From Carcharhinus amblyrhynchos (taxonomy: Eukaryota): 64,000 nucleotides of DNA. The DNA lies in the NCBI GenBank assembly GCA_965287045.1, contig OZ336883.1, forward strand, positions 4,278,001 through 4,342,000. The letters run 5' to 3'. Position numbers and translations under genes: made by a program. This document shows, in pieces, positions 37,634 through 50,576 of this stretch. The notes beneath the pieces were generated by a model. That model was not told the origin of the DNA, did not search any database, and worked only from the letters and a program-made list of their open reading frames with translations. Numbering within the stretch: position 1 is the stretch's first letter; each line of letters opens with the position of its first letter.

Positions 37634-39633
37634 ATCACAGTGGTTTAGTGATCAGTACATCACTGAAGTTCTGAGGAGGGATGAGATGCCCATACATTCT
37701 TTTCACTTTCTATCTATCTCGCTTCGGCCCATTGGGCCCCTACCTTCCTCAAAGACGCCTGCTTCTCTGCGGACTGAGGACCTTCCTCCTTGCTTGCCCT
37801 CAGGCTCCAGGGCTCACTGCTCATGGCTGGTGATGATTGCCAAGTTAGCCACATCACCACCAATGGCAGATCTGTCGGCACTGTTAAGGCTATGTTACTC
37901 CTGTAAGTTAGTTCAGAGTTCCAGTCACTGCTCATCCACCACCTCAAGCAACATCCATACTGTGCCTGCCCCCTTTCACTCCCATGAGGCATCTGAATGT
38001 TCCCAAGCTCTTTGCACACCTGATCCTTCGATGAACCCAAGATTTCAGCTGTACTCTCCAGCCATAACACATATGTGCAGAAATGTATTCAGTGACTCAC
38101 AATATCCTAAGGCTTCATTCAAATATATTACCCTTAACAACAGGACGAGGGCACTAGATATGTGGAGACATGATCACCTGCAGGTTCCCCTCGAAGCTAC
38201 ACATCATTTCTGACTTGGAAATATATCACGGTTCCTTCACTGTAACTAGGTCAAAATCCTGCAACTCCCTCCCTAACAGGAGTGGGTGTACCCTGTTTTG
38301 ACCTTGTCTCACTGAACTCTGGCTTCTACATGACTGATTTCAAATTTTGCTTTTGAAAAGGCACACTTTCAAAACTTCTTTTAAACAAGATTTTCCCTCC
38401 AAGACGTCCATCAAGGATTTGCTTACAGATTTTACACTACCCACCTTCATAATTTCTTTGCCTTCACAATTGCTTTAACTAACGATTCCCAGACCATATC
38501 AACATGGCATCAAATTTCTTGATTTAACTCTAAAGTCAGCTTTTCCACTTTAAATCTAGTTACTGTAGCAGTATCTTTAAGTCAGTCTTCTCAGCTCTGC
38601 CTGTCTTTACCAAACAGTTCACTTTTCTACTAGAAGGCTACTTAGAAACTTCTCCTCATTTTCCTTAACTAGCTGGGCTTTATCTCTGCATTTGCTTTCT
38701 TAACTATTGCTCCATGGTATGATTTTCTTCTAGCAAAGGTAAGAGAGATGTTCCCTCTCCAGCTTTCTAAATCAGTTACAAACAAATCCAGCTACAATGA
38801 AGTTCAGAAATTCTTTCTACCTTAAAAGGGCCCCAGTTGCTAAGCAATAACTGCATACTTTTCCAATCTCATATTTACTTTACAAGCTGTAACCCTCTCT
38901 GTGCATAATAGAACCATAGTTTGAACTGAACCAACTCCTGCACATACAAACAACTTTGTCCAGCTTGAATCTAACTATAGATTCCCTTGCACAGAAACAC
39001 TAAATTAAACTCATTTAAAACAGTACTTCATTTCTAATACTACCAATACAAATATAAATCCATTAAAACTTGTTTCCCAAACTCCCTCCACCTCATAGAA
39101 TCATAGAGTTTGATTCAATGAGAGAGGAACATTGGTAAAAATCCAAATGAGGATGTGACTTGGAAGAAAGTTATAGATGTTCTTATGATCTTACTGCTCT
39201 AATGATCTCTGCATGAGGGGCCATTGTTTACATGATGGGCTCAACCAACATGCTTGTTGTGTTGTTTCAAGTGGATATCAGAAAATTCATAGAACTGTTG
39301 GAAGAAGAGCAAGGAATTCTACCTGTGGTCCAATTAATGTACCTCCTTCAACCAAAACACCAAAGAAAAGGTGAACTCTCATTTGCTTCATTGTTTTTTG
39401 TGGGATCTTATCTTGCATAGTATGGCTGCTGTATTTGATTTCATAATGATGCTCAGTATCCTCCATAATAATCCACTCTATGTGAAAACACTTCAGTATC
39501 TGTATGAGAAATGCGACAAGGTACATATAAAGGCATACCTTGATTGATGTAATGATTCCCATTGCCAATTCCTCAGCAATAAAGAACACACTGACTATGA
39601 GTGAGTCATTATCTTATGTTTCGCTATTCAATG

Positions 39634-40300
39634 TGTTGGGGCCCTGGATCAGAATCCCAAATTACCTTGCAAAGCCAAACTAGACCAACAATTTTTCTAT
39701 TTTGCCATAAATGTGAGGAAAGGATGCCTCACTCCAGGAGTAATTCCACTGACAAATCAGGGATTTTTCATAGAAAAACAAACTTTACTTAATAACACAA
39801 TTTATGTATAACTCTAACAAAATGAAGCAGTATAACTTTTAACAGTTGAACAGTTACAAAATAAAACAACTTTAATTTCTAACTTATTATTGTTTCAGTT
39901 CCAATAAGCAACATTCTCTTACAGAATTTAAAAAGTTAGCAGACATAAATATATTTACTACAAAGGATGTAGTCAGTCTTGAAGCTTACAGAAAGAGATT
40001 TTGAGTTTCAGAGCAGCTTTCAGACCTTTGTCTTTAAACAAATCCCAGCCAGAATTGAAAGTTGTTTTGTCTCTGCTACATACATAGTTCCTTCCATTAA
40101 CAACATCCTCACATCAGCTTGCATATCTAAACCCACCTTCCATTCCTTTAATTAAACACCCCAGGGGATCTTTCCTTTTTGTAAACAAAAATTTATTAGC
40201 CCCCACCTTGTAGCTAAAATGAGTAATTATCCTATTCTCCCAGCATCTTCACTGTATTCCTTCCAGACAAACATTCCCCTTAGCAATTATTATCATCACA
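39634..40300 (-). mobile_element. Probable solo LTR
   Basis: TG...CA termini and composition resembling 57410-58075; no clear TSD. Confidence 0.4.
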
Positions 40301-40515
40301 CGTGCGCAGTACCAGCCAAATCTAAAGGGATGATTCATTCATATTTAAATTATTTTCCATTGCAGCAAATATGATTTGATTACATTTAATTGAGAGGAGA
40401 GTACAATGTTTCTTGTTATAGCGTTTCAGGCAGCAGAGGAAAGCCGCAGAATTGAAGTGAATAGAGCTACAAATGGAAAATCAGAGAATATCAAGCTGTG
40501 TCCATCTGGAAAAGG

Positions 40516-41748
40516 TAACAGCGGATTAACTACCACCCAGATCCCTAGGCTCCCTGACCTTGCCCCCTGCCCCGCCTTCCGTTGAATAGAATAATGTGAC
40601 GTTAGATAACTTATATCATTGTACTATGTATAATGTAATACATGTATAATATAAAGTTATATGAATCAATTACAGTCCTTTTGTTCATTTATTTTTCATT
40701 TTCTTTACATTTGTATTTTAAAACGCTTTGGTGTTTTTTGGTTTACAGAAATGTCAAAAACAGCATGTAAATCAACAGATTGAAGCATGTCTGATTCAAT
40801 GTGCATGAGTGCCAGATGACTAAGTTTCTCATTGCTCATTGTTGAGCGCATATAGTTTTTGATCCTCTTCAGTGCTGAAAATGAACACTCACCCGAACAG
40901 TTAGTGATCATTAAGGACAGATAAATTCTAAAGCAAATGTACTTATTTGGATACACCTCGTGCAGTTGCTCTCTTGTCAGAGCTTGATACATCCCATGGG
41001 ATGTATCATCAGATTGTCCTTGAATGTACTTCTGAAAGTGGACGAGCTCTTCCATAAAGCCCAAGTCAAAGTCATCTGGATAAACCTGTATAGGGTATTT
41101 GCTGCCTTTTTAAGTGCGTTGATATCAATATTGCAAATATGAGAAAGAAATCCAAATCCGTTGGACTCTGGCTGGTGAGTGGTGACAAGGAGTCATTTGT
41201 TGCGTTGTAAACAACAATGGCGGCGTACAAACAAAAGTCTGTTTTGATGTTTTCACAGGCAATAAATGTGCTCAACAACAGTTTTGATGATGGATTATGC
41301 AGTGATAATAGTGGGAGTGATTTAGATGCTGAGGATTTTGATGTTAACATTGGTGAATTAGCAGGTGATGATCATGAATTTGATGATATATTGATAGCAC
41401 TGGAGGCAGTGGTGACAATCATTGTGCTGTGGTGTGGGACTAATACTATGTGAGGGTGAATGTTGAAAAAAGTACTATACGTAACTAAGTGTGCACTAAA
41501 ATAATTATGTATACATGCTATAGCATGACAATAAACTCTTTGTTGCATTTATTTACATGTAGTACAAGTCTGGAGGTGAAGCTCCTCTATTTATAGGTAT
41601 TTGTTATATTAATTCACCCACAGGGTATAGTTATGAAAATTTATTCTCCCTTAAAAGGGTTAAACCAATTTTTGTTTGCTCTTGGGCTCCGCTCTCTTCC
41701 AAGCCCCTAGGCTTAAACCTACTCAGTCTAATGGTTAATCCACCACTG
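40516..41748 (-). mobile_element. Internally deleted hAT DNA transposon
   Basis: 8-bp TSD ggaaaagg at 40508-40515 and 41749-41756; degenerate TIRs (..gcggattaac / gttaatccaccactg); hAT dimerization domain YPN...RIYLSLMITNCSGECSFSALKRIKNYMRSTMSNEKLSHLALMHIE. Confidence 0.9.
41081..41663 (+). mobile_element. piggyBac-like non-autonomous element nested in the hAT element
   Basis: Right end aagggTTAA; degenerate left end taaacctgtataggg; acidic N-terminal ORF 41217-41453. It interrupts the hAT reading frame just before YPDD. Confidence 0.5.
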
Positions 41749-42169
41749 GGAAAAGGACCATTGATACCTCATGTCAGTCTGTATTTTTTACTCAGGTATG
41801 AATATTTTCTCTTTACATTTCATATCTCTTTTGTTAACTGCCAATAGATAGCAAATCAGCCGTAGGAACCTGGGCTAATTTTACCCTCCCTAGCCCAGGA
41901 TAATTTTGATCGTTTTTTTTGCCGCTGGCCCAGCTGAGCTAAATTAATTCAGCCGAAAGCACAAAGAAACTTCAATGTTAATAGTCCTTGTGATTTATCT
42001 ACACAATAGCTAAACCAATAACACCTTCAGAAGAGCTCCTTCAAGATAATTTTGAAAGTTAATCAAGTTGAACATTAATTAAACAGTAAGACTGGCATTG
42101 ACATTGTGCTTTTCTTGACTACTGTATATCTCATAGTGCTTCAGAGTGTAATCACTGTTGCCATACAGT

Positions 42170-44130
42170 CATAGAGTCATACAGCATGGAAACAGGCTAT
42201 TCGGCCCAACTTGTCCATGCTGCCTTTTTTTTTAAAGCCCTAAGCTAATCCTAATTACCTGCATTTGGCCCATATCTCTCTATGGGGAACCGGTGGATGT
42301 GGTGTTTTAGATTTCCAAAAGGCATTTGATAAGGTGTCTCACAAAGGTTGCTACAGAATGTTAGGGTGCACAGAGTTGGGGGTAAGGTGTTAGCGTGGAT
42401 AGAGAATTGGCTGCCTAATATGAAGCAGAGAGTTGGTATCAATGGGTGCTATTCTGGTTGGCAGTTGGTGACTAGTGGAGTGCCGCAGGGATCGGTGCTG
42501 GGGCTTCAACTGTTTACCATTTATATAGATGATCTGGAGGAGGGGGCTGAGTGTAGGGTGACGAAATTTGCTGATGACACGAAGGTGAGTGGAAAAGCAA
42601 ATTGCGTGGAGGGTGTGGAAAGTCTGCAGAGGGATCTGGATAGGCTGAGCGAGTGGGCGAGGACCTGGCAGATGGAGTATAATGTTAGCAAGTGTGAGGT
42701 TATCTACTTTGGCAGAAATAATAGTAGGAGGGATTATTATTTAAAAGGCGAAAAGCTGCAGCATGCTAAGGTGCAGAGGGACCTGGGGGTCCTTGTGCAC
42801 GAGTCGTAAAAACCCAGTCTGCAGGTGCACCAGGTGATCAAGAAGGCGAATGGAATGTTGGCCTTTATAGCGAGGGAGATAGAATAGAAAAGTAGGGAGG
42901 TCTTGCTGCAACTGTACAGGGTACTGGTGAGGCCGCAGCTGGAGTACTGTGTGCAATTTTGGTCGCCGCACTTGCGGAAGGATATATCGGCCTTGGAGGG
43001 AGTGCAGAGAAGGTTCACTAGGCTGATACCGGAGATGAGGGGGTTGGACTATGAAGAGAGACTAAATAGACTGGGTCTGTACTCGTTGGAGCTTAGAAGG
43101 CTGAGGGGGGATCTTACAGAGACGTATAAGATAATGAAGGGGATAGATAGGGTAGAGGTAGAGAGATTCTTCCCGCTTAAAAGGATAGCAGGACTAGAGG
43201 GCACAGCCTCAAGATAAAGGGGGGCAGTTTAGATCAGAGTTGAGGAGGAACTTCTTCACTCAAAGGGTGGTGAATCTCTGGAATTCTCTGCCTGTTGAAG
43301 AGGTGGAGGCTTTCTCGCTGAATATATTTAAGTCATGGGTAGATAGGTTTCTGATAGACAGGAGAATTAAGGGTTATGGGGAGAAAACATGAAAGTGGAA
43401 TTGATCCACTTCAGATCAGCCATGATCTTATTGAATGGCGGGGCAGGCTTGAAGGGCTAGATGGCCTACTCCTGCTCCTATTTCTTATGTTCTTATACCC
43501 ATCTTATCGATGTAATTATATAAATGCTTTTTAAAAGACAAAATTATACCTGCCTCTACTACTACCTCTGGCAGCTTGTTCCAAACTCACCACCCTCTGT
43601 GTGAAAAAAAATTGCCTCTCTGGACACTTTTGTACCTCTTCCCTCTCACTATAAAACTATATCTTCTAGTTTTAGACTCCCCTACCTTTGGGAAAATATA
43701 TTGACTATCTACCTGATCTGTGCCCCTCGTTATTTTATAGACCTTGATAAGATCACCCCTCAGCCTCCTACCCTCCAGAGAAAAAAGTCCCAGTTTATCC
43801 AGTCTCTTCTTATAACTCAAACCATCAAGTCCTGCTAGCATCCTAGTAAATCTTTTCTGCACTCTTTCTAGTTTAAGAATATCCTTTCTATAATAGGGTG
43901 ACCAGAACTGCACACAGTATTTCAACTGTGGCCTTACCAATGTCTTGTACAACTTCAACAAGATGTCCCAATTCCTGTATTCAATGTTCTGACCGATGAA
44001 ACCAAACATACCAAATGCCTTCTTCACCACTCTGTCCACCTGTGACTCCACTTTCAAGGAGCTATGAACATGTACTCCTAGATCTCTTTGTTCTGTAACT
44101 CTCCCAATGCCCTATCATTAACTGAGTAAC
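42170..44130. mobile_element. Minus-strand CR1 (42170-42283 and 43495-44130) interrupted by a plus-strand CR1 (42283-43495)
   Basis: RT ORFs 42348-42809 and 42903-43217 (+) and 43587-44057 (-); the host tail sequence ccatatc.ctctat|acccatc is split by the insertion. Confidence 0.9.
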
Positions 44131-44254
44131 CCCCTACCATTAACGCAGTATGTAGGAACTAATGCAATGTAGGAAACAAGGCAGTTAATTTGTATACAGA
44201 AAGCTTGTACAGAGGCAATGTGATCAAGACCAAATAAGCTATTTTGGCATGATA

Positions 44255-44383
44255 AACAAAATACTGCAGATGCTGAAATCTGAAATAAAAACAGAATGCT
44301 GGAAAAACTCAACATGTCTAGCAGCATCTCTAGGGAAAGAAAACATTTAAAATTTAGAGTCTGTTTGACTCTTCATCAGAACT
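44255..44383 (-). mobile_element. Second family of Penelope-type terminal repeat with a degenerate hammerhead
   Basis: Reverse complement reads agtt-CTGATGA-agagtc aaaca gactc-taaa (GAAA box mutated). Confidence 0.55.
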
Positions 44384-46112
44384 AAAAAAGAGTGAAAATG
44401 TGTTGTATATTTTACTGTAGATTTGATTTGATTTATTATTGTCACACGTATTTACAGTAAAAAGTATTGTTTCTTGCGCAACATACAAAAAAAGTATCAT
44501 TCATAGAGAAGGAAACGAGAGAGTGCAGAATGTAGTTACAGATATAGCTAGGGTGTAGAGAAAGATCAACTTAACATGAGGTAGTCCATTCAAAAGTCTG
44601 ACAGCAGCAGGGAAGAAGCTGTTCTTGAGTTGGTTGGTATGTGATCTCAGACTTTTGTGTCTTTTTCCCGACGGAAGAAGGTGGAAGAGAGAATGCCCGG
44701 GGTGTGTGCGCTGAGGCAGCGGGAAGTGTAGCCAGAGTCAGTGGATAATGACAGTTCCACTCAGGTGGACAATAGAGAAGGTACATTGTAAGTGATAGTG
44801 TGGTCAACCATGTGAAATGCTGCAAACAGATCAAAGCAAATAAGGAGGAATAGAGCACAGAAATTTTCATTTGATTGGTTGACCTTTTACATAATTTCAA
44901 CATTGATGCAATGGAAACATCTCCAAATGTTCATACACAAGACTAATTAATTATATCATCTTTGATTTTAAAAAATGCAAAGAAACATTTATGCAGACTG
45001 AAAAAGATTTCTCCTACTTCTTTCCAACATACATTTTAGAATTAGAAGGAAGGAGATTGAAGGTCTCAGGACATCCCAACGTGATTTACAGTTAATTAGG
45101 CACTTTTGAAGTGGCTATTAGAATTTGGAAAAGTAGTAACACAATTATGAATAGTGAGATCCCACAGCAGCAATGACTGCTGATAATCTGTTCTAGTAAT
45201 ATTGGTTGAGGGATAAATATTGGCCAGGACCATTCAACAACAACAACTTATATTTATATAGCATCTTTAATGGAAAGAAACATCTCAAGGTGCTTCAGCG
45301 GAGCATTATAAGACAATGTATGACACCAACACATATATGGAGAAATTTGAACAGATGACCAAAAGTTTAGTCAAAGAGGAAGTTTTGAAGACTAGAGTCC
45401 GAGGCTTAGGCAATTGAAGACACCAATGGTGCAGGCATTATAATTGGAAATAAACAAGAGGCCAGAATTAGAGAAATGTAGACATCTTGGACAGATGTAA
45501 GGTTGGAGGAGATTACAGAAATAGGGAGGGGAAAAGCCATGAAGAGATCTGGGAAAAAGGGTGAGAATTTTAAAGTCAAGATGTTGCTTGATTGGGAGTC
45601 AATGTAAATCAGTGACTGCAGGGGTGATTGGGGGAAAAGATTTGCTGTGAACTATGATACCAGCAGCTGAGTTTTAGATGACCTCAAGTTTTATGAGATA
45701 GTATGTAAGATGCCAGCCAAGAGCGCATTGGAATAATCAAATCTAGAGTTAATGAAGACCTGAATGAGGGTTTCAACAGCAAGTGAGTTGAAACAGAGAA
45801 AAGTCAGGTAATATTATGGAGATGGAAGGATGCAGTCTTAGTGATGACTATGAGGTCAGAAATCACCTCAGAATCGAACGTGCCACCAATGTTGTGAACA
45901 GTCTGTCTTAATCACAGAAGGTTGCCGGGGGAGAGATGAAGACTGCAGCAATGGAAAACAATGGCTTCAATTTTCCCAATATTAACTGAAGAAAACTTTT
46001 GCTTATCCAATCAGAAAAGCAGTCTGATAATTTACTAACAGGAAAGCAGTTGAAAAGGTGATGGCAGGGTAGGGCTGGGTGTCATCAGCATACATGTGAA
46101 AACTAATGATAT

Positions 46113-46451
46113 TGTAATAAATCCACAGAGGTGAAGGTCCCGTCACTAAATGTTCCTTTATTTACAAGACATACTACACAACAGAGTGCTCCCTACTTCA
46201 GCGGGCAGAGAGACTGACACACCTGCTTTAAATAGGGAACATGAGGCTTCCTAATTGGGCTAAAAATCAGGGGCATCTTTCTTATAAAACCCAGCAAGGA
46301 GGCTCACGCTGCAACCTGGGATTGAACCAGGATCCTTTAGATCTTTGGTCTAACGCTCTCCCAACTGAGATATTTCAGTTTGCGCTAGGACTCAGTCAGG
46401 GAGTTCATACTTGAGCAGACCAACCTCATTTACCTGACTGAGGTCATCACA
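46113..46451 (-). mobile_element. Solo LTR (339 bp)
   Basis: TG...CA termini and a perfect 5-bp TSD gatat (46108-46112 and 46452-46456). On the minus strand CCAAT, TATTTAAA and AATAAA occur in order. Confidence 0.85.
46308..46379 (-). tRNA. tRNA-Phe-derived (pseudo)gene inside the LTR U3 region
   Basis: actgaaatatctcagttgggagagcgttagaccaaagatctaaaggatcctggttcaatcccaggttgcagc aligns end to end with vertebrate tRNA-Phe(GAA). The anticodon loop is mutated (ctgaaga to ccaaaga), there is no CCA, and TTTT follows about 18 nt downstream. Confidence 0.85.
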
Positions 46452-48768
46452 GATATGCATTCAGATTATGTCACCAAGGAGCTGCATGTGGCTGAGAAAC
46501 AGGAAAGGGGCAAGGACAGATTCTTGTGGGATAGCAAAGGTAACAATGCAGGAGCAGGAAAAGAAACATTGCAAATGATTCTCTGGCTATGATTAGTTAG
46601 TTAACAATGGAAACATTTGAGAGATATCCAACCTGCTGGACCACAGTGGGGAGCATAACGTGATAAACTGTCATAGGTTGTAAGCAAGCCATGGGGACAA
46701 GGAGGGAAGGTTGGTAGTAGTCACAACATTGGTGTCACATTTGATCCTGAGATCATTTCCAACCTCATATTTGGACCACCACTAAGAATGGCATCTTTCC
46801 ACCCCCACTATGTCACACGACTTTGTCCATCTCAACTCATCAGCTACTGTTACTTTGATAAAAGTCATTTCAGTGCTATGGCATGTGCTGAAACCTGACT
46901 GAATGATTGAAACATGAAGTTCCAGGTAAATTCTGAATTTTTGAGGCTGTAACATGTTCAAGGACTTTGGTGAGGAAAGGGACGTTGGAGAGGTGATAGT
47001 AGTTAGCAAGGAGAGTGGGATCAAGTATTCTTTTGAGGAGAGGTATAATGATACCAGATTTAATGGAGTGAAGGACAATACCTGAAGAGAGAGGAACATT
47101 GACTTAGGACTGGTATGGGAGGCCAGAAAATAGGTTGGGTCATCAGCAATCAAATGGAAATAGTGTAGGAATAGGATTGAGGGAATAGAATGTGGGTCTC
47201 ACAGAAAATATTATTTTACCATTAGGAGATATGTGAAAGAAGCTAGAGAAAGGTACATGTTCAGGGCTATAGCACTAATGTAGTATTAGAGCATGAAATA
47301 GAACTTGCCTGTTCTTCTTCAAAGTAAGACCATGGGATCTTTTATCTCAAAATGTGTTACTGGAGTGCATCATTTATGGATAGACTTAAAAAAAAACTTC
47401 AAAAAACCATCACCATATCTTCCTGCAGTTACAATAGAATTGATTGTTAACATTTCCAAGCGTTGGTTTTCAAGCTAAGCCAATTATAAATGTCTAGGTA
47501 AGTTTCAAAGCTCCAAAACCACTTCTCTCAGAAGGGGACTGAGTTCACATTTTGATTGACAGCTTTAAGAGACTGTTCAAGGATTAACTGTCTTTGTCTG
47601 ATTACTGAATTAGAAGTTTGTTTTTTTATAACATATTGACCATTTGAGATGATTTGGATGGGTACCATGAATGAAAGTTTTTTTCAGTATCAAGAGTTCT
47701 TATATTTACTTTTCATGAAATGTGGCAAGGCCAGCAATTGCTGTCCATCCCTAATTTCATGGAACAAAATGATTTCTTAGGCCATTTCAGAGACCAGTTA
47801 AGAGTCAACCACATCACTGTGGATCTTGGAATCCCACATAGGCCAAGCTAGATAAGGATGACAGATTTCTTAAAGGACATTGCGAACAAGTGAACCAGAT
47901 CAGCTTTTACAACAATTGATGACAGTTTCAAGGTCTCTATTATTGATACTAGCTTTATATTCCAGATTTTATCAATTGAATTTAAATTCTACCACTGCCA
48001 TGATGGGATTTGAGAACATGACTTGAGAGCATTAGCCTGGAACAGCAGATTATTACTGCACTGACATTACGACTACATTATCATCTCCCCATAAAATTTT
48101 AGAAGCTTTTTCTCATTTACACATGGTCCCTGAGGTCTACCCATATTAAATGGTGGATGAGTAGTTTTCGAGGTGGCATAGCAGGGTGTGGGAGGCTTAG
48201 ATGAGATCAAAGTTACATTCAAGGCCTAGGTGAATGGGCAGTCAAACACAGGTGTGGGCGGACTATCAGGCCTGAAAATTATATTAAAATTTATACAAAT
48301 GGGGACCCGAACGTTAAACATCGAGACTCTTGTTATTTCATTGGTGGAGGTGAAGACGATTGGAATGGGAAATGCCACTAGTGTAAACCATATTTTGGGT
48401 CTCCTGTGGGATTTCAGGGTTGGAAACTTCCACCCCAACTCTTTTTTGTACAGGATTACATATATTACTGTTAACCTGTTAACCCTTTAATTTTCTTGAA
48501 CAATGATGATGATTATTCCATGCAACCACACGTAGCTTGCTCCAAGAGTATTGATTCCACAAATAAACACGCTAGCCTGCAATTCTCCATCTCTTAACAG
48601 TAATACATACTTCCACAGCCTTATCATCACTTTGTATTTACGGAGGGAAACTAGTCAAAACATTTTTCTATGGTTCTAAGTAAGAAGCGGTGATTTAAAA
48701 TTTCCATTTTTGTTTTGAATCACAGGTATATAAAAGGCATTAAATGACCGGCATCAGCAAAGTTCAAA

Positions 48769-49713
48769 ATGATGGGAAACATTACACAAAGCAATTCCAA
48801 CTGCTATGTTGATACCAGCGTGGAGTCTGTCTTGGTCCCCATCATGTACATGGCTGCATTTTTCGTCAGCTTCCCTGGGAACTGTCTATCCATTTATGTG
48901 GCATGCTTACAAGCAAAGCGAGATAATGAGATTGGTATCTACCTACTGAACCTGTCCTTCGCTGATATCTTATACACACTGACACTGCCTTATTGGTTCA
49001 TGGACTACTTCAGCTCTAATCCCAACAAGACACTGTATAATGTGCTCATTGTCGTGATGTACAGCACCATGTATTTAACTCCCGCATTCCTCTGCTGTAT
49101 CTCCATGGATCGCTACCTAGCTATAGCCCATCCACTTAAGTATTTTGAGCTTAGGACAATACGGGCAGCAATCCTGGTCAGTGCAATCTGCTGGACCATT
49201 CAGTTGATGTTTCATGCATTGTTGCTCCACAAGCAGGATTTTTTCTCCAACTTTGCCTCCTCCTTGGCCTATGTAGAGGTTTATCCAATGAAGTCAACCT
49301 TTATTGTTGAATATATCTCCCGATTCACTGCTGGATTTTGTTTGCCTCTGACCCTGCTCCTCTTTTGCTCTCAGCGCATTTTCAAAGCCATTGAAGGCAG
49401 CACTGCCACTGCGGAAAATGAGAAGGAGAAGATTGCAAAACTCTTACTTCTGCTGCTCCTGGTCTACGTCATCAGCTTTGGACCATATCAAATTATAATG
49501 CTGGTCCGCAGTCTCCTTGAACCAGGAAACTGCAATTTTGCCCAAAAAATATATACTTTTTACAAAGTAGCCTTTGCGCTTACTGCTCTCAACTGCGCTG
49601 CTGACCCGATTATCTACTGCTTGCTCTGTGATTCTGCCAAACAAGATGTTAGTAACTTGGTCATGACAATGAAGATCAATCTTCAGAGATTGTATGCCAA
49701 ATTTAACCTTTGA
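48769..49713 (+). CDS. Class A GPCR, GPR4/GPR65/GPR68 (proton-sensing) family-like, 314 aa
   Basis: Seven hydrophobic segments; GN, NE.G.YL.NLS.AD, FLCCIS.DRY.A.AHP, EK.KI, LNC.ADP..Y; splice acceptor ttttgaatcacag| at 48725, upstream of the ATG. Confidence 0.92.
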   Translation: MMGNITQSNSNCYVDTSVESVLVPIMYMAAFFVSFPGNCLSIYVACLQAKRDNEIGIYLLNLSFADILYTLTLPYWFMDYFSSNPNKTLYNVLIVVMYSTMYLTPAFLCCISMDRYLAIAHPLKYFELRTIRAAILVSAICWTIQLMFHALLLHKQDFFSNFASSLAYVEVYPMKSTFIVEYISRFTAGFCLPLTLLLFCSQRIFKAIEGSTATAENEKEKIAKLLLLLLLVYVISFGPYQIIMLVRSLLEPGNCNFAQKIYTFYKVAFALTALNCAADPIIYCLLCDSAKQDVSNLVMTMKINLQRLYAKFNL

Positions 49714-50576
49714 ATGAACAGTCCAATGACTCAGGCTGGACTCCATCTAGTCTATTCTGAGCACCTGTTCATTGTAACAATTGTTTGGATTAATAGTGTC
49801 ATTATCAGATAACATATTACAATGAGCAACATAAGCAGAATTAGAATAGAACATCTAAAATGTGCTCAAACAGGCAAGATTTAACCAGCACTTTAAAGGA
49901 AACAAAAGAGACAAAGATGAGCAGGACAGGATTTGACAGGGAGTTCCAGCGATTAAGTCTTAGGCAGTTAGAAGTATGACCGCCAATGATGAGAGACAGA
50001 GAGTGATGCGCATGAGGCCAGATTTAGAGGAAGCATTCCACTGCATGCTGCACATCACAACTTTGACTGTATAGCTTCCCTTCCTTTTCACAACCCAATA
50101 GAACTGAATGGAACATCCTATGTGCATGTTTCCACTCAGCTGTCACTTAAAATTATTTTGCAGCCTTATGTATTCACAGGATGCCAATTTGAATAAAGCA
50201 ATAATTCAGGTGAATGCTTGGCTATTTTTCAAATCTTGAAATTTGGCAAAAGATGGGGTAGAAATAGGGTGGTAGGGCCACCAGACTGTCAACAGCCATC
50301 CCATTTCTATTGAGGAGAGGGTGTCAAAATTGCCCATTATGACACAAAAAATCAAAATGTGAACTTACCTTTTATACTCATGTCCTCCTGACCATGGCGT
50401 TTAATTGAACATAATATCCATGTACATTGATATAGACACACAAGATTGCTTCTGGATCCTCTGTATGTCATTGGACCAATTTTTCAAAGACCAATGAGGC
50501 TGCTCCTTGGAATACCTACTCAAAAGCCAGGATAAGTGGTGGCAATTTAGAAATCTAGTTCAACCACTAACATCTC

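Larger units (their letters stand above)
45250..47250 (-). mobile_element. Decayed L2 LINE, interrupted by a solo LTR
   Basis: YADDTQ (gtgtcatcagcatac on +), QSGF...HSTE and (N)Y.PIS-like motifs. Confidence 0.75.

Noticed and set aside
37512-38213. 233-aa ORF as a gene
   Set aside because: It spans a SINE/CR1 tail and other repeat fragments and has no coherent domain.
36230-39600. Additional exon-like segments near 36240-36400 and 39400-39570 (-)
   Set aside because: Every frame has stops or implausibly short introns, so no exon could be defined.
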